This document shows, piece after piece, positions 14,957-24,532 of a DNA stretch of 32,000 nucleotides (position 1 is its first letter; each line of letters begins with the position of its first letter). Source of the stretch: Methylophaga frappieri (GTDB taxonomy: Bacteria > Pseudomonadota > Gammaproteobacteria > Nitrosococcales > Methylophagaceae); assembly GCF_000260965.1 (NCBI RefSeq), contig NC_017856.1, positions 420,001 through 452,000 on the forward strand. Direction: 5' to 3'. The translations under genes were made by a program, and so were the position numbers. A model generated the notes under the pieces. The model was not told the origin of the DNA. It worked only from the letters and a program-made list of their open reading frames with translations, and did no database searches.

Positions 14957-17017
14957 TTACTGAATCACAGGTCCTTCACTATTACGAACCGCCTGTAGAC
15001 GATTCAACAAATCCGGCCAATCCACCTGCCGGGTAAAACCACGAACATTAATCCACGGCGGTAAGCCCCCCGCTTTGACAATATAATACCCTTGTTCGTC
15101 TGTTTCGACGCCGTTCATTTTACAAACCTGATTTTGTAAACGACAGCTTAAACCCAGTTTTTCATAGGAAAAGTCTTCAAATACGCTTAGAAAACTCCGT
15201 GATAATGCGCCACTGGCCCCGCCACCAATCTGAGTCAGATTATCGACCGCACGCTGAGATATTCGACGCTTTCCAGGGTTGGACTCTGGTGTCATCAAAG
15301 CGGCATCAAAAGCGACGGGTTGCCAGTCTGACAAACGCAAATCATGAACATAACCAGCCAGTCTCCCAGTAATACGCCCAAATTCGAATACTTGCGTGAT
15401 CATTTCCAGATCAAGCTGCTGAAAATCAATATTCGCCGTTAATTGTGGCAAACTGCCAAAAGGGGACTGAAGCCGTAAATCCCGAATAATCGTCCGGCCA
15501 TCAAACACATTCACCTGCAGCGCGCCATCAACCTCTATTTGCTGGTTCGCATAGCGCACCTCAGGAATCACGCCAGCCAATTTACCTTGCATTTCAGGCC
15601 AGCCTAGCGCGGTTGTCAAGGGTGCCATTGATATCGGAGTCAATTCACCTGAAAATTGCCAATGATTTTGCTGCGTAGATTGATCGTAAACAAAGTGGTC
15701 AATTTGCAGCGCGCCATCAAATAGCGGTAAGACCAAGGGCGATGTTAACTGAATTTCTTGGTTGCTCACGATGGCTGATAGTTGACTTTCCCCTATCGGG
15801 ATCGGCCCGATAGCCGCACTTTGCCAACGCAACTCTACTGGCGATAATTGACCTGTATTTTGCCAGCCAACCTGCCCAGACAGACTTTGCATAGCAAATC
15901 TGTCCTGCTTATCCTGTATATCAAGGTCATCTAATTGAGCCGCAATCTCAATCTGTTCGGGTTGCCATTGCACTTTTCCTGAAATAGCACCATCCAGTTC
16001 TAACTGTCCAGCAGCACTTCCCGTTAGAAAAGGTTGTATCCACCATTGATAAAGCGCCGCTAAATTCAAGCTTTGCCAATCCATCTCGGCATCAATCAAG
16101 GCATTATCTTGAAAACCCAGCTGCCCCGCCACGGTTAAAACGTCCTGCTGCAGGACATTCACTTCTGCAGAATTAATCTCTTTGGCAGCAAAATCAAACA
16201 TGGTATTGCTACTTAAGGATAACGGCGCTTCAGAAAAATCCAAAAACACGGGCGCAAAATAGGTCTGTCCTTCAGATAACATCAGGTCAGTTTGAATCTG
16301 TAACTTGGTGTCCGTGGTTTCCGTTGCATCCATTTCAAGTTGAAATACCAATGCCTCACCGACTTGATTACCGCTTTCATCACTAAAATGAACGGATTCC
16401 CCGTTGAGCTGCATGTCCAATGCAAGCAGTCTCGTCTCTTGGCCTTGTATGGCCGCTTGTAACTTAACTGTTCCAGAAGGCTGCCAGCGCTTCACCGTTT
16501 CGACAATATCAGGAACAAGCCCTTGCGCCATGTCTAAGACTGCCGCAATTCCAATTTCGTCCCCAACAAGATTCAGTTGCCATTGACCTGCTTGTGATTG
16601 AACATCAACATCAACCCTGCCATTACCGATACGAATCGCTTTCAGGTTAATGTCGTAGTGCTGTGCAGCGAGATTAAAGCTAAAATCACTGCTAAGTTTT
16701 TGCACGCCTAAGACAGTATGCTCAAATGCCAAATCGCCATTATCACAGTGCCAATACTCTGCGGCGTAACGCCAATTTGCACAGTTTAAGGCGAGATTTT
16801 TAAGCGATTGTCCGGCGAGTTGTAATTGGTCCAGTTCAACCTGTAATAATAAACGCTGATCAACGATTTCAAAGCCGACTGAGAGACCTTGCAGACTGCC
16901 TTCAGGCAAAGCCAGAGATTCAAGTTGTATTTGAATAGTATCAATCGCTTTAGCTGGCAAAGCGCTTAAGCCCAGCAATAAAATGACGCTCAGAAGTCGG
17001 CACAGACCTGACGTCAT
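14957..17017 (-). CDS. ydbH: YdbH-like AsmA-family protein (putative intermembrane lipid-transfer bridge)
   Basis: 686 aa with a signal/anchor N-terminus and a long repetitive beta-rich body. The C-terminal block ISQRAVDNLTQIGGG...GYYIVKAGGLPPWINVRGF resembles the DctA-YdbH domain. It sits directly upstream of the ydbL homologue, as in the E. coli ydbH-ynbE-ydbL operon. Confidence 0.65.
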   Translation of the reverse strand: MTSGLCRLLSVILLLGLSALPAKAIDTIQIQLESLALPEGSLQGLSVGFEIVDQRLLLQVELDQLQLAGQSLKNLALNCANWRYAAEYWHCDNGDLAFEHTVLGVQKLSSDFSFNLAAQHYDINLKAIRIGNGRVDVDVQSQAGQWQLNLVGDEIGIAAVLDMAQGLVPDIVETVKRWQPSGTVKLQAAIQGQETRLLALDMQLNGESVHFSDESGNQVGEALVFQLEMDATETTDTKLQIQTDLMLSEGQTYFAPVFLDFSEAPLSLSSNTMFDFAAKEINSAEVNVLQQDVLTVAGQLGFQDNALIDAEMDWQSLNLAALYQWWIQPFLTGSAAGQLELDGAISGKVQWQPEQIEIAAQLDDLDIQDKQDRFAMQSLSGQVGWQNTGQLSPVELRWQSAAIGPIPIGESQLSAIVSNQEIQLTSPLVLPLFDGALQIDHFVYDQSTQQNHWQFSGELTPISMAPLTTALGWPEMQGKLAGVIPEVRYANQQIEVDGALQVNVFDGRTIIRDLRLQSPFGSLPQLTANIDFQQLDLEMITQVFEFGRITGRLAGYVHDLRLSDWQPVAFDAALMTPESNPGKRRISQRAVDNLTQIGGGASGALSRSFLSVFEDFSYEKLGLSCRLQNQVCKMNGVETDEQGYYIVKAGGLPPWINVRGFTRQVDWPDLLNRLQAVRNSEGPVIQ

Positions 17018-17904
17018 CAGACCGCCGGAAACACACCCGTTGATAAGTAACGGTCACCCCGATCACAAATGATACAGACAATAACCGCATTGTTAACGGT
17101 CTCGGAAAGCTGCAATGCTGCCGCCACACTACCTCCAGAGGAAACACCAGCAAAGATACCCTCTTCACTGGCCAGACGTCGCATTACCGTTTCCGCTGTC
17201 TGCTGATCCACGTCCCATATTTTATCAACTCGCTCTGATTCATAAATCTCAGGCAAATAGGCGGGCGACCAGCGACGAATGCCTGGAATACTAGCCCCTT
17301 CGGTCGGTTGCACACCAATAATCTGCACGTTTTGGTCCTGTGTTTTCAGATACCGTGATACGCCCATGATGGTACCAGTCGTGCCCATTGCACTCACAAA
17401 ATGCGTCACCTGACCTTGCGTGTCACGCCAGATTTCCGGTCCGGTCGTTTCAAAATGGGCCAGAGGATTATCAAAATTCGCAAACTGATTAAGCACTTTA
17501 CCTTTGCCTTCAGCCTGCATGTTCAGCGCCAAATCACGAGCGGTTTCCATACCATCAACCAGCCTGAGTTCAGCACCGTAAGCACGCATGGATGCCCGAC
17601 GTTCTTCAGACATGTTCTCAGGCATAATCAATACCATTTTGTAGCCAAGTATGGCGGCAACCATGGCCAGTGCAATGCCTGTATTGCCACTGGTTGCTTC
17701 AATCAAGGTATCCCCAGGCGTAATATCACCACGGGCTTGGGCCCGCCGAATCATGCTTAAAACGGGCCTATCTTTGACCGAGCCCGCTGGATTGTTACCT
17801 TCCAGTTTGGCCAGAATAAGATTGGTTGTCTCGCCCGGCAATCGTTGTAACCTGACCAGAGGCGTATTACCAATACAGGCTTCAATGGTTTGAAAATCCA
17901 TCAT
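17017..17904 (-). CDS. cysM: Cysteine synthase B (O-acetylserine sulfhydrylase B)
   Basis: IGNTPLVRLQRL...LAKLEGNNPAGSVKDRP (PLP lysine) and SGNTGIALA. Length 295 aa, typical of CysM. Confidence 0.88.
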   Translation of the reverse strand: MMDFQTIEACIGNTPLVRLQRLPGETTNLILAKLEGNNPAGSVKDRPVLSMIRRAQARGDITPGDTLIEATSGNTGIALAMVAAILGYKMVLIMPENMSEERRASMRAYGAELRLVDGMETARDLALNMQAEGKGKVLNQFANFDNPLAHFETTGPEIWRDTQGQVTHFVSAMGTTGTIMGVSRYLKTQDQNVQIIGVQPTEGASIPGIRRWSPAYLPEIYESERVDKIWDVDQQTAETVMRRLASEEGIFAGVSSGGSVAAALQLSETVNNAVIVCIICDRGDRYLSTGVFPAV

Positions 17905-18287
17905 CCATCACCTGACAAAATCACATAAGCGCCAGCGTAATCCCCATCATCTGTCAGGCTGATAAAGCTTTGTGATACCTGGTATTGCTCACACAAAACC
18001 AGAGCCTGCTCAGTAAACTGCAATAAAGGCTTTCCCGCTGCGTCGTTGGCAACCTGAATATGGCGCAGGCTTAAACCGTGACGAAATCCACTGCCAAAAG
18101 CCTTGGCTACCGCCTCTTTGGCTGCAAAGCGTTTCGCCAAAAAAGCAATGGGGTTCGCTGCGTTTTTATAACCCAGATATTCTTGGTCACCAAGAATTTT
18201 AGCGGCGGCTCGATCACCATGCCTTTGCAGCAAACGCTGAATTCTTGGCACCCAAACCAAATCGGTACCAATCCCGATAATCTTCAT
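17901..18287 (-). CDS. acpS: Holo-[acyl-carrier-protein] synthase
   Basis: [11 protein letters not shown]...[11 protein letters not shown], 128 aa, positioned after pdxJ as in E. coli. Confidence 0.9.
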   Translation of the reverse strand: MKIIGIGTDLVWVPRIQRLLQRHGDRAAAKILGDQEYLGYKNAANPIAFLAKRFAAKEAVAKAFGSGFRHGLSLRHIQVANDAAGKPLLQFTEQALVLCEQYQVSQSFISLTDDGDYAGAYVILSGDG

Positions 18288-19012
18288 CGTTGAACTTCAC
18301 GAATGAGGCGTTTCATTTCACCAACGGCACCCTGCAAACCGGTAAACAAGGCACGACTGATAATCGCATGTCCAATATTTAACTCGACCAATCCAGGTAT
18401 GGCAGCAATGGGTTGGACATTAAAGTAATTCAAGCCATGTCCGGCATTGACTTGCAAACCCAGCTTTTGCGCATAATCTGCCGCATCGGCCAGTTTCTTT
18501 AATTCGACACGCTGCTGTGCTGGCGTTGTTGCTTCCGCATATCGCCCTGTATGCAGCTCAATGACGGGGGCATTGCAATCTGTAGCGGCATCAATTTGTC
18601 TTTTATCTGGATCGATAAATAATGAAACGGTTATGCCCACTTCCGCCAATTGCGCGCAAGCAGCATGAATTTTGCTGCTTTGGCTGACCACATCAAGGCC
18701 ACCTTCTGTCGTCAGCTCTTCTCGACTTTCTGGCACTAAACAACAATCTGCCGGCCGCAGCTCTGTTGCAATTGCCAGCATTTCTGTTGTGACGGCCATT
18801 TCCAGATTCATTTTTGTCTGTAAAACATCAGCCAGAATCCTGACATCCCGATCTTGAATATGACGCCGATCTTCGCGCAAATGCAGGGTGATACTGTCTG
18901 CGCCAGCCTGTTCGGCGTCGATTGCGGCTTGAACCGGATCCGGGTATCTACCCCCTCTCGCTTGGCGCAGTGTGGCAACATGGTCAATATTCACACCCAG
19001 ATAAATACTCAT
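18284..19012 (-). CDS. pdxJ: Pyridoxine 5'-phosphate synthase
   Basis: [47 protein letters not shown]. Confidence 0.95.
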   Translation of the reverse strand: MSIYLGVNIDHVATLRQARGGRYPDPVQAAIDAEQAGADSITLHLREDRRHIQDRDVRILADVLQTKMNLEMAVTTEMLAIATELRPADCCLVPESREELTTEGGLDVVSQSSKIHAACAQLAEVGITVSLFIDPDKRQIDAATDCNAPVIELHTGRYAEATTPAQQRVELKKLADAADYAQKLGLQVNAGHGLNYFNVQPIAAIPGLVELNIGHAIISRALFTGLQGAVGEMKRLIREVQR

Positions 19013-19743
19013 GTATCTCCTTCCTGGTTACGGTTATTTCGTTGATATTGTTGCATTTGCACAAATAGCTGACGGCTTTTAAGTGGCTTACCATCCAGCA
19101 CATAATTTAGCACGGTCCGCATCAGCCACTTACAATCTGATAACCCTCTTACGTCTAATTGCTGTTGTTCACGCAGCTGTATCAGGCTTTGGCCCTGTAA
19201 CGTTCGCATACCAGCTTGAGGTTCAGGCAGTCTCTGTAACGTTTGCTGCGCATTGAGGTAGTACAAATTGGTCGCTTCAACAGGCTGACCATCGGTATCG
19301 TAATGCAAGTCCACACCATAGCCTAAAATCGTCAATAATTGACTTTCAAACTGGCGCAAGCTGTTCTCCAGCTGTTCGCCTAGGGCAAGAGCTTGCAATG
19401 TGTGTTCGTATAGCTGAAAAATTTCCGGTTCTGGATGCCCAGGCCGTAAGAGATAAATCAGCAGCTCATTCACATACAAACCATAAAAACTGGCATCACC
19501 TGTCAAACGAAATGCCGGTTGCATTGATTCAGATTTTGCTAATGTCTGTAATTCACCGCGGCCAAACCAGCTCAGCCAAATCGGCTGAAACAGTTGTAAC
19601 GATGTTTGAGTTCGGCGTTTTTGCTGACGAACGCCTTTGGCAACCAGACTCAACCTGCCAGCTTGTAACGAAAACACATCCAAGAGCAGGCTGGTTTCCC
19701 GGTAAGCACGTTGATGCAAAATATAAGCAGGTGACAGATCCAC
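19009..19743 (-). CDS. recO: DNA repair protein RecO
   Basis: [20 protein letters not shown], 244 aa, in the conserved era-recO-pdxJ context. Confidence 0.9.
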   Translation of the reverse strand: MDLSPAYILHQRAYRETSLLLDVFSLQAGRLSLVAKGVRQQKRRTQTSLQLFQPIWLSWFGRGELQTLAKSESMQPAFRLTGDASFYGLYVNELLIYLLRPGHPEPEIFQLYEHTLQALALGEQLENSLRQFESQLLTILGYGVDLHYDTDGQPVEATNLYYLNAQQTLQRLPEPQAGMRTLQGQSLIQLREQQQLDVRGLSDCKWLMRTVLNYVLDGKPLKSRQLFVQMQQYQRNNRNQEGDT

Positions 19744-19751
19744 GCTTTACA

Positions 19752-20657
19752 TCAAAGATCGTCGTTATAGCCAAGGTTTCGGAGCATACGTTCGTTATCT
19801 GACCAACCTTCCCTGACTTTGACCCAAAGCTGTAAAAAGACTTTATTGCCAAACAACGTTTCCATCTCTTCGCGCGCGTCCTTGCCGACCTGCTTCAATA
19901 ACTCACCCTTTTTGCCAATGACGATGGATTTTTGACCACTTCGTTCTACATAAATGACTGCACTGATATCAAGTAAGCCATCCACATCCTTAAACTGTTC
20001 CACCTCAACTGTCAGCGAATAGGGTAACTCCTGACCAAGGTGTCGAAATAACTTCTCCCGAATCAATTCAGCCGCGAGAAAACGGCTGCTACGGTCAGTT
20101 AAATGCTCCGGATCATAAATCAGTTCGCCTTGCGGCAAATAATGTTCCAAGGTTGACTCAAGCGACTCAATATTCATGCCTTTACGTGCTGACACGGGCA
20201 CCACATCGGCAAAATCAAAACGCTGGCTAAGTTGCTCAATCTGTGGCAAAAGCGCCGCCTTGTCGTTGATTTTGTCGACTTTATTCAAAACCAGTACCAC
20301 CGGCGCAACCGCACTGCGTTGTAACCGGTTTAATACCGCCTCATCTTCATCAGTCCAACTCAGACTATCCACCATAAAAATAACCACATCAACATCGTCG
20401 ATAGAGGCGGCGGCGGCTCGATTCATATAGCGATTCATCGCTCGCTTACCATCACTGTGTAATCCCGGGGTATCAACATAAATCAGCTGTGCTGTTTCGG
20501 TAGTCTTAATACCCAGCACCCGGTGGCGCGTTGTTTGCGGCCGACGCGAGGTAATACATAACTTTTGCCCCAGGATACGGTTAATGAGTGTTGACTTGCC
20601 GACATTGGGTCGACCAATAACGGCAACATAACCGCTGCGAAATGTTGTGTCGTTCAC
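19752..20657 (-). CDS. era: GTPase Era
   Basis: G1 GRPNVGKST, G3 DTPG, G4 NKVD, and a C-terminal KH domain. Length 301 aa. Confidence 0.95.
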   Translation of the reverse strand: MNDTTFRSGYVAVIGRPNVGKSTLINRILGQKLCITSRRPQTTRHRVLGIKTTETAQLIYVDTPGLHSDGKRAMNRYMNRAAAASIDDVDVVIFMVDSLSWTDEDEAVLNRLQRSAVAPVVLVLNKVDKINDKAALLPQIEQLSQRFDFADVVPVSARKGMNIESLESTLEHYLPQGELIYDPEHLTDRSSRFLAAELIREKLFRHLGQELPYSLTVEVEQFKDVDGLLDISAVIYVERSGQKSIVIGKKGELLKQVGKDAREEMETLFGNKVFLQLWVKVREGWSDNERMLRNLGYNDDL

Positions 20658-21337
20658 ACTTTCCCTTCTATTAAGATGAGTACCCGCTCGGCTGCTCGTT
20701 TTTCCGCTTTTCGATGACTACTGCCTTGCGCGACAACGACTTTATCAAGCAAACCAACCTGACAAGAAGCTTCAAACACGGGCTGTGTCTGATCTGATTT
20801 GATTTCTTTGACGCTATATATGGGAAGCGGCAACTTGCGGCTTTGCAAAAGCTCTTGCAAGCGTGTCTTGGGATCTTTGACCGTCTCATTGACGTCAATG
20901 CTATCTAATCGCTCTTGATATAAGCGCAGTATTAGTGATTTTGCGACTGCAAAACCTTTATCCAGATAGACCGCACCAAAAATAGCCTCGACGGCATCGG
21001 CCAAAATGGACTCACGCCGAAACCCGCCACTTTTCAGTTCACCAGGCCCTAACACCAATACTTCACCCAAAGCGAGTTCGCGACCGAGTTCAGCCAGAGT
21101 TTCACCACGAACCAGGGCCGCCCGCAATCGACTTAGTTTGCCTTCTTTAATGCCGGTAAACCTGGCATAGAGTGCTTCGGCAATAACCAGGCTCAAAATG
21201 GCATCACCTAAAAACTCAAGACGTTCATTATTTTTTACATCGGCACTTCGATGTGTCAGTGCTTGTTGTAGTAGCGTGGCGTCAGAAAAAGAGATGTTGA
21301 GTTGCTCACACAGCTGCCGTTGTTTTAATGCGGTCAT
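20654..21337 (-). CDS. rnc: Ribonuclease III
   Basis: Signature NERLEFLGDAIL, with a C-terminal dsRBD (GSSHRKAEKRAAERVL). Confidence 0.95.
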   Translation of the reverse strand: MTALKQRQLCEQLNISFSDATLLQQALTHRSADVKNNERLEFLGDAILSLVIAEALYARFTGIKEGKLSRLRAALVRGETLAELGRELALGEVLVLGPGELKSGGFRRESILADAVEAIFGAVYLDKGFAVAKSLILRLYQERLDSIDVNETVKDPKTRLQELLQSRKLPLPIYSVKEIKSDQTQPVFEASCQVGLLDKVVVAQGSSHRKAEKRAAERVLILIEGKV

Positions 21338-21723
21338 CTCACTGTCCGAACGCTGGGTTCGACATCAACTTCTTCAACAAAATGTCCAACCAGACTGATA
21401 TGGGCAATAAAACTTTTTCGCACCTCATAATCAATTTTGATTCGAGTCACATAAGCGCCATTACGGCCTCGTCCCAACTCAATATTCTCTTCTTTAACGC
21501 TGCTGATGTAGCCGGTATTAAAACGCCGTTGCAGCAACGTCATTACTTGCTGCTTGGTTAGATCGTTATTTTTTAATTCCGTTTCCATGGATTTCATGAT
21601 TTGCAGTACACCGTAGTATTCCTGATACATCGGCACCAGACGCATGGCCAGCGTGGCAAAAAAACCAATGAGTCCCAGCACCAGAACCCAACCAATTAAC
21701 GTCATGCCCTGCTGTTTTTTCAT
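21334..21723 (-). CDS. DUF4845-type small membrane protein (the conserved gene between lepB and rnc)
   Basis: MKKQQGMTLIGWVLVLGLIGFFATLAMRLVPMYQEYYGV. I trimmed the track ORF (to 21774) back to ATG 21723, because the longer form would overlap the lepB 3' end by 41 nt. Confidence 0.75.
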   Translation of the reverse strand: MKKQQGMTLIGWVLVLGLIGFFATLAMRLVPMYQEYYGVLQIMKSMETELKNNDLTKQQVMTLLQRRFNTGYISSVKEENIELGRGRNGAYVTRIKIDYEVRKSFIAHISLVGHFVEEVDVEPSVRTVR

Positions 21724-21733
21724 GTGTCTGTCC

Positions 21734-22495
21734 TCAATTGATACTGCGCCCCAACCGTGACCAGATGATGCCACCTTTTTCCCAGTCCCAACTCATCCAG
21801 ATAACAAATGCCTTACCCACCAGGTTTGCTTCAGGAACCGTACCCCAGCGGCGGCTGTCATTACTGCGATCCCGATTATCCCCCAGCACAAAATAATGGC
21901 CTTCCGGCACAATCATTTCGCCTTCCGCCGAGCCTGACGCCGGATCAATGGCAATCAAGTGCGTGGTATCCGTCAGCTTTTCCTCGTAAACCTGCATTTG
22001 CGGTTCCAACTGTTCGTCAATGACAGAAACCGCACTCGCAACTTCCAAGTCAACCGGCTTACGATTGATATACAGTTTTTTGTTGAAGTAGCCTATCCGA
22101 TCGCCGGGCAACCCCACCACCCGCTTAATGTAATCAATTGAAGGTTCTTCTGGAAAACGAAACACAATGACATCACCCCGTTCGGGCGAACCTGAATCAA
22201 AAAATTTGGTATTCAGTACTGGCAGCCGCAGTCCATAAGAAAATTTGTTAACCAGAATAAAGTCACCGACATGTAAAGTCGGCAACATGGATCCAGATGG
22301 AATACGGAATGGCTCAGCTACGAAAGAACGAATCACCAGCACCGCTAATATGATTGGAAAAAAAGAACGGGCATATTCAACCACGGCAGGCTCTTTGCCA
22401 TCAGCACTACGTATTCTGGCAAACACCAGTTTATCAACTAACCAAATCAGGCCCGTGATAACAACCAGTAACACCATTATTGCTGGAAAACTCAC
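21734..22495 (-). CDS. lepB: Signal peptidase I
   Basis: PSGSMLPTL (catalytic Ser), YIKRVVGLPGD (catalytic Lys), GDNRDRSNDSR. Confidence 0.93.
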   Translation of the reverse strand: MSFPAIMVLLVVITGLIWLVDKLVFARIRSADGKEPAVVEYARSFFPIILAVLVIRSFVAEPFRIPSGSMLPTLHVGDFILVNKFSYGLRLPVLNTKFFDSGSPERGDVIVFRFPEEPSIDYIKRVVGLPGDRIGYFNKKLYINRKPVDLEVASAVSVIDEQLEPQMQVYEEKLTDTTHLIAIDPASGSAEGEMIVPEGHYFVLGDNRDRSNDSRRWGTVPEANLVGKAFVIWMSWDWEKGGIIWSRLGRSIN

Positions 22496-22510
22496 TCCGA
22501 TACTCCTTTG

Positions 22511-24307
22511 CTAGGATTTCTTGGACAATTGTAATACCGCCAAGAAAGCTTCCTGAGGCACATCAACTTTGCCAACGGACTTCATACGTTTTTTACCGGC
22601 TTTTTGTTTTTCGAGCAATTTTCGTTTTCGAGAAACATCGCCACCATAACACTTTGCCAATACATTCTTGCGCATGGCTTTCACTGTCGATCTGGCAATA
22701 ATATGCCCACCAATCGCCGCCTGAATCGCTACATCAAACATTTGTCGCGGTATCAGCTCCTGCATTTTCTCAACCAGCAGCCGTCCCCTCGAAACGCTGT
22801 CACTACGATGTACGATCATCGCCAGCGCATCGACTTTTTCACCATTAATTAACACATCCAGCTTAACCAGATCGGCTGGCTGAAAGCGGATAAAGTGATA
22901 ATCCAATGAGGCATAACCACGACTAACCGATTTGATGCGATCAAAAAAGTCGATAACGACCTCATTCATCGGCAGTTCATAAGTTAGCGCGACCGTTTTC
23001 TGCAAATACTGCATGGCTTTTTGAACGCCACGTTTTTCGACACATAAGGTAATCACCGCACCAAGGTGCTCTTGTGGCACCAAAATATCTGCGGCCACGA
23101 TTGGCTCACGGATTTCATCGACCGCACCCGGGTCTGGTAAGGCTGCTGGGTTTTCGACTTTCAGCGTTTCGCCTTTTCTTGTGGTGACCTCGAACACTAC
23201 GGTGGGCGCCGTGGTAATCAGGTCTAAATTGTATTCCCGCTCAAGCCGCTCCTGAATGATTTCCATGTGTAATAAACCAAGGAAACCACATCGAAAACCA
23301 AAGCCCAGCGCCTGGGAGTTTTCCGGTTCATAAAACAACGACGCGTCATTCAACCGTAATTTTCCAAGTGCATCACGAAACGCATCATAGTCATCACTGC
23401 TCACCGGAAACATACCGGCATAGACTTGCGGTGTTACTGATTTAAAGCCTGGCAGCATTTTGTCAGCGCCGTGATGGGCATGTGTCAGTGTGTCACCAAC
23501 TGGCGCACCATCAATTTCTTTGACGCCGGAAATCACATAACCCACTTCACCACAATGCAAGGCATTACGTTTGCTTCGTTTAGGCGTAAAAACACCGACT
23601 TCATCAACCTGATATTCTTGTCCAGTCGACATCACCCGAATTTTATCTTTGGTCGTCAGTTTTCCCTGTTTGATGCGAACTAATGAAATGACCCCAACAT
23701 AGCTGTCAAACCAAGAATCAATGATCAGCGCTTGCAAGGCGCTATCGGGTTCGCCTTTAGGCGGCGGCACTCTGGCAACCAGAGTTTCCAGTAAGTCTTC
23801 AATACCCAGGCCGTTCTTCGCACTGCATCGAACCGCATCCATGGCATCGACACCGATAATATCTTCAATTTCCTGTGCAACCATATCCGGCTCGGCTGAC
23901 GGCAAATCAATCTTGTTCAACACGGGAATGACTTCCAGACCCAGATCTATCGCGGTATAGCAATTGGCAACACTTTGCGCCTCAACACCTTGCGCAGCAT
24001 CCACCACCAGCAGGGCGCCCTCACATGCCGCTAAAGAACGAGACACTTCGTAGGTAAAGTCAACATGGCCGGGGGTATCAATGAAATTCAAATGATAAGT
24101 TTCACCATCGCGTGCTTTATAGTCTAAGGAAACGCTTTGAGCTTTGATGGTAATGCCCCGCTCGCGCTCGATATCCATTGAATCCAGCACCTGTTGTGAC
24201 ATTTCCCGGTCAGATAAACCACCACAAATCTGGATAAAACGATCGGCAATCGTCGATTTACCGTGATCGATGTGAGCGATAATTGAGAAATTTCGGATAT
24301 TTTTCAT
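22511..24307 (-). CDS. lepA: Elongation factor 4 (LepA)
   Basis: [32 protein letters not shown], and the LepA-specific C-terminal region. Length 598 aa. Confidence 0.97.
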   Translation of the reverse strand: MKNIRNFSIIAHIDHGKSTIADRFIQICGGLSDREMSQQVLDSMDIERERGITIKAQSVSLDYKARDGETYHLNFIDTPGHVDFTYEVSRSLAACEGALLVVDAAQGVEAQSVANCYTAIDLGLEVIPVLNKIDLPSAEPDMVAQEIEDIIGVDAMDAVRCSAKNGLGIEDLLETLVARVPPPKGEPDSALQALIIDSWFDSYVGVISLVRIKQGKLTTKDKIRVMSTGQEYQVDEVGVFTPKRSKRNALHCGEVGYVISGVKEIDGAPVGDTLTHAHHGADKMLPGFKSVTPQVYAGMFPVSSDDYDAFRDALGKLRLNDASLFYEPENSQALGFGFRCGFLGLLHMEIIQERLEREYNLDLITTAPTVVFEVTTRKGETLKVENPAALPDPGAVDEIREPIVAADILVPQEHLGAVITLCVEKRGVQKAMQYLQKTVALTYELPMNEVVIDFFDRIKSVSRGYASLDYHFIRFQPADLVKLDVLINGEKVDALAMIVHRSDSVSRGRLLVEKMQELIPRQMFDVAIQAAIGGHIIARSTVKAMRKNVLAKCYGGDVSRKRKLLEKQKAGKKRMKSVGKVDVPQEAFLAVLQLSKKS

Positions 24308-24480
24308 TCAGGTCGTATTCTGCCAGCACTTAATCCAGTCAAGAGACCATCAGACAAGCTTTTTAGCCCATCAAACTCTCCTGACCAGTCGCAATAAAAA
24401 TTGCTCTGCATTATACGCATTTAGCGTCGTGAAAACGACAACTGTGTTTGTTTGTAGCCTATTTGCCACAGGTTATAAAT

Positions 24481-24520
24481 AAAAAAGCCGCTACAGCGTG
24501 CGGACACACGCTGTAGCGGC
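24481..24520 (-). terminator. Rho-independent terminator after the TonB-dependent receptor gene
   Basis: Perfect 14-bp stem GCCGCTACAGCGTG / CACGCTGTAGCGGC with a 6-nt loop, followed on the minus strand by TTTTTT. Confidence 0.75.
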
Positions 24521-24532
24521 CGAGAGCTTTTT

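Noticed and set aside
21724-21774. N-terminal extension (MASSGHGWGAVSIEDRH) of the DUF4845 ORF
   Set aside because: It would overlap the lepB 3' end by 41 nt. The MKKQQG start at 21723 gives the typical N-terminus: short and basic, followed by a TM helix.
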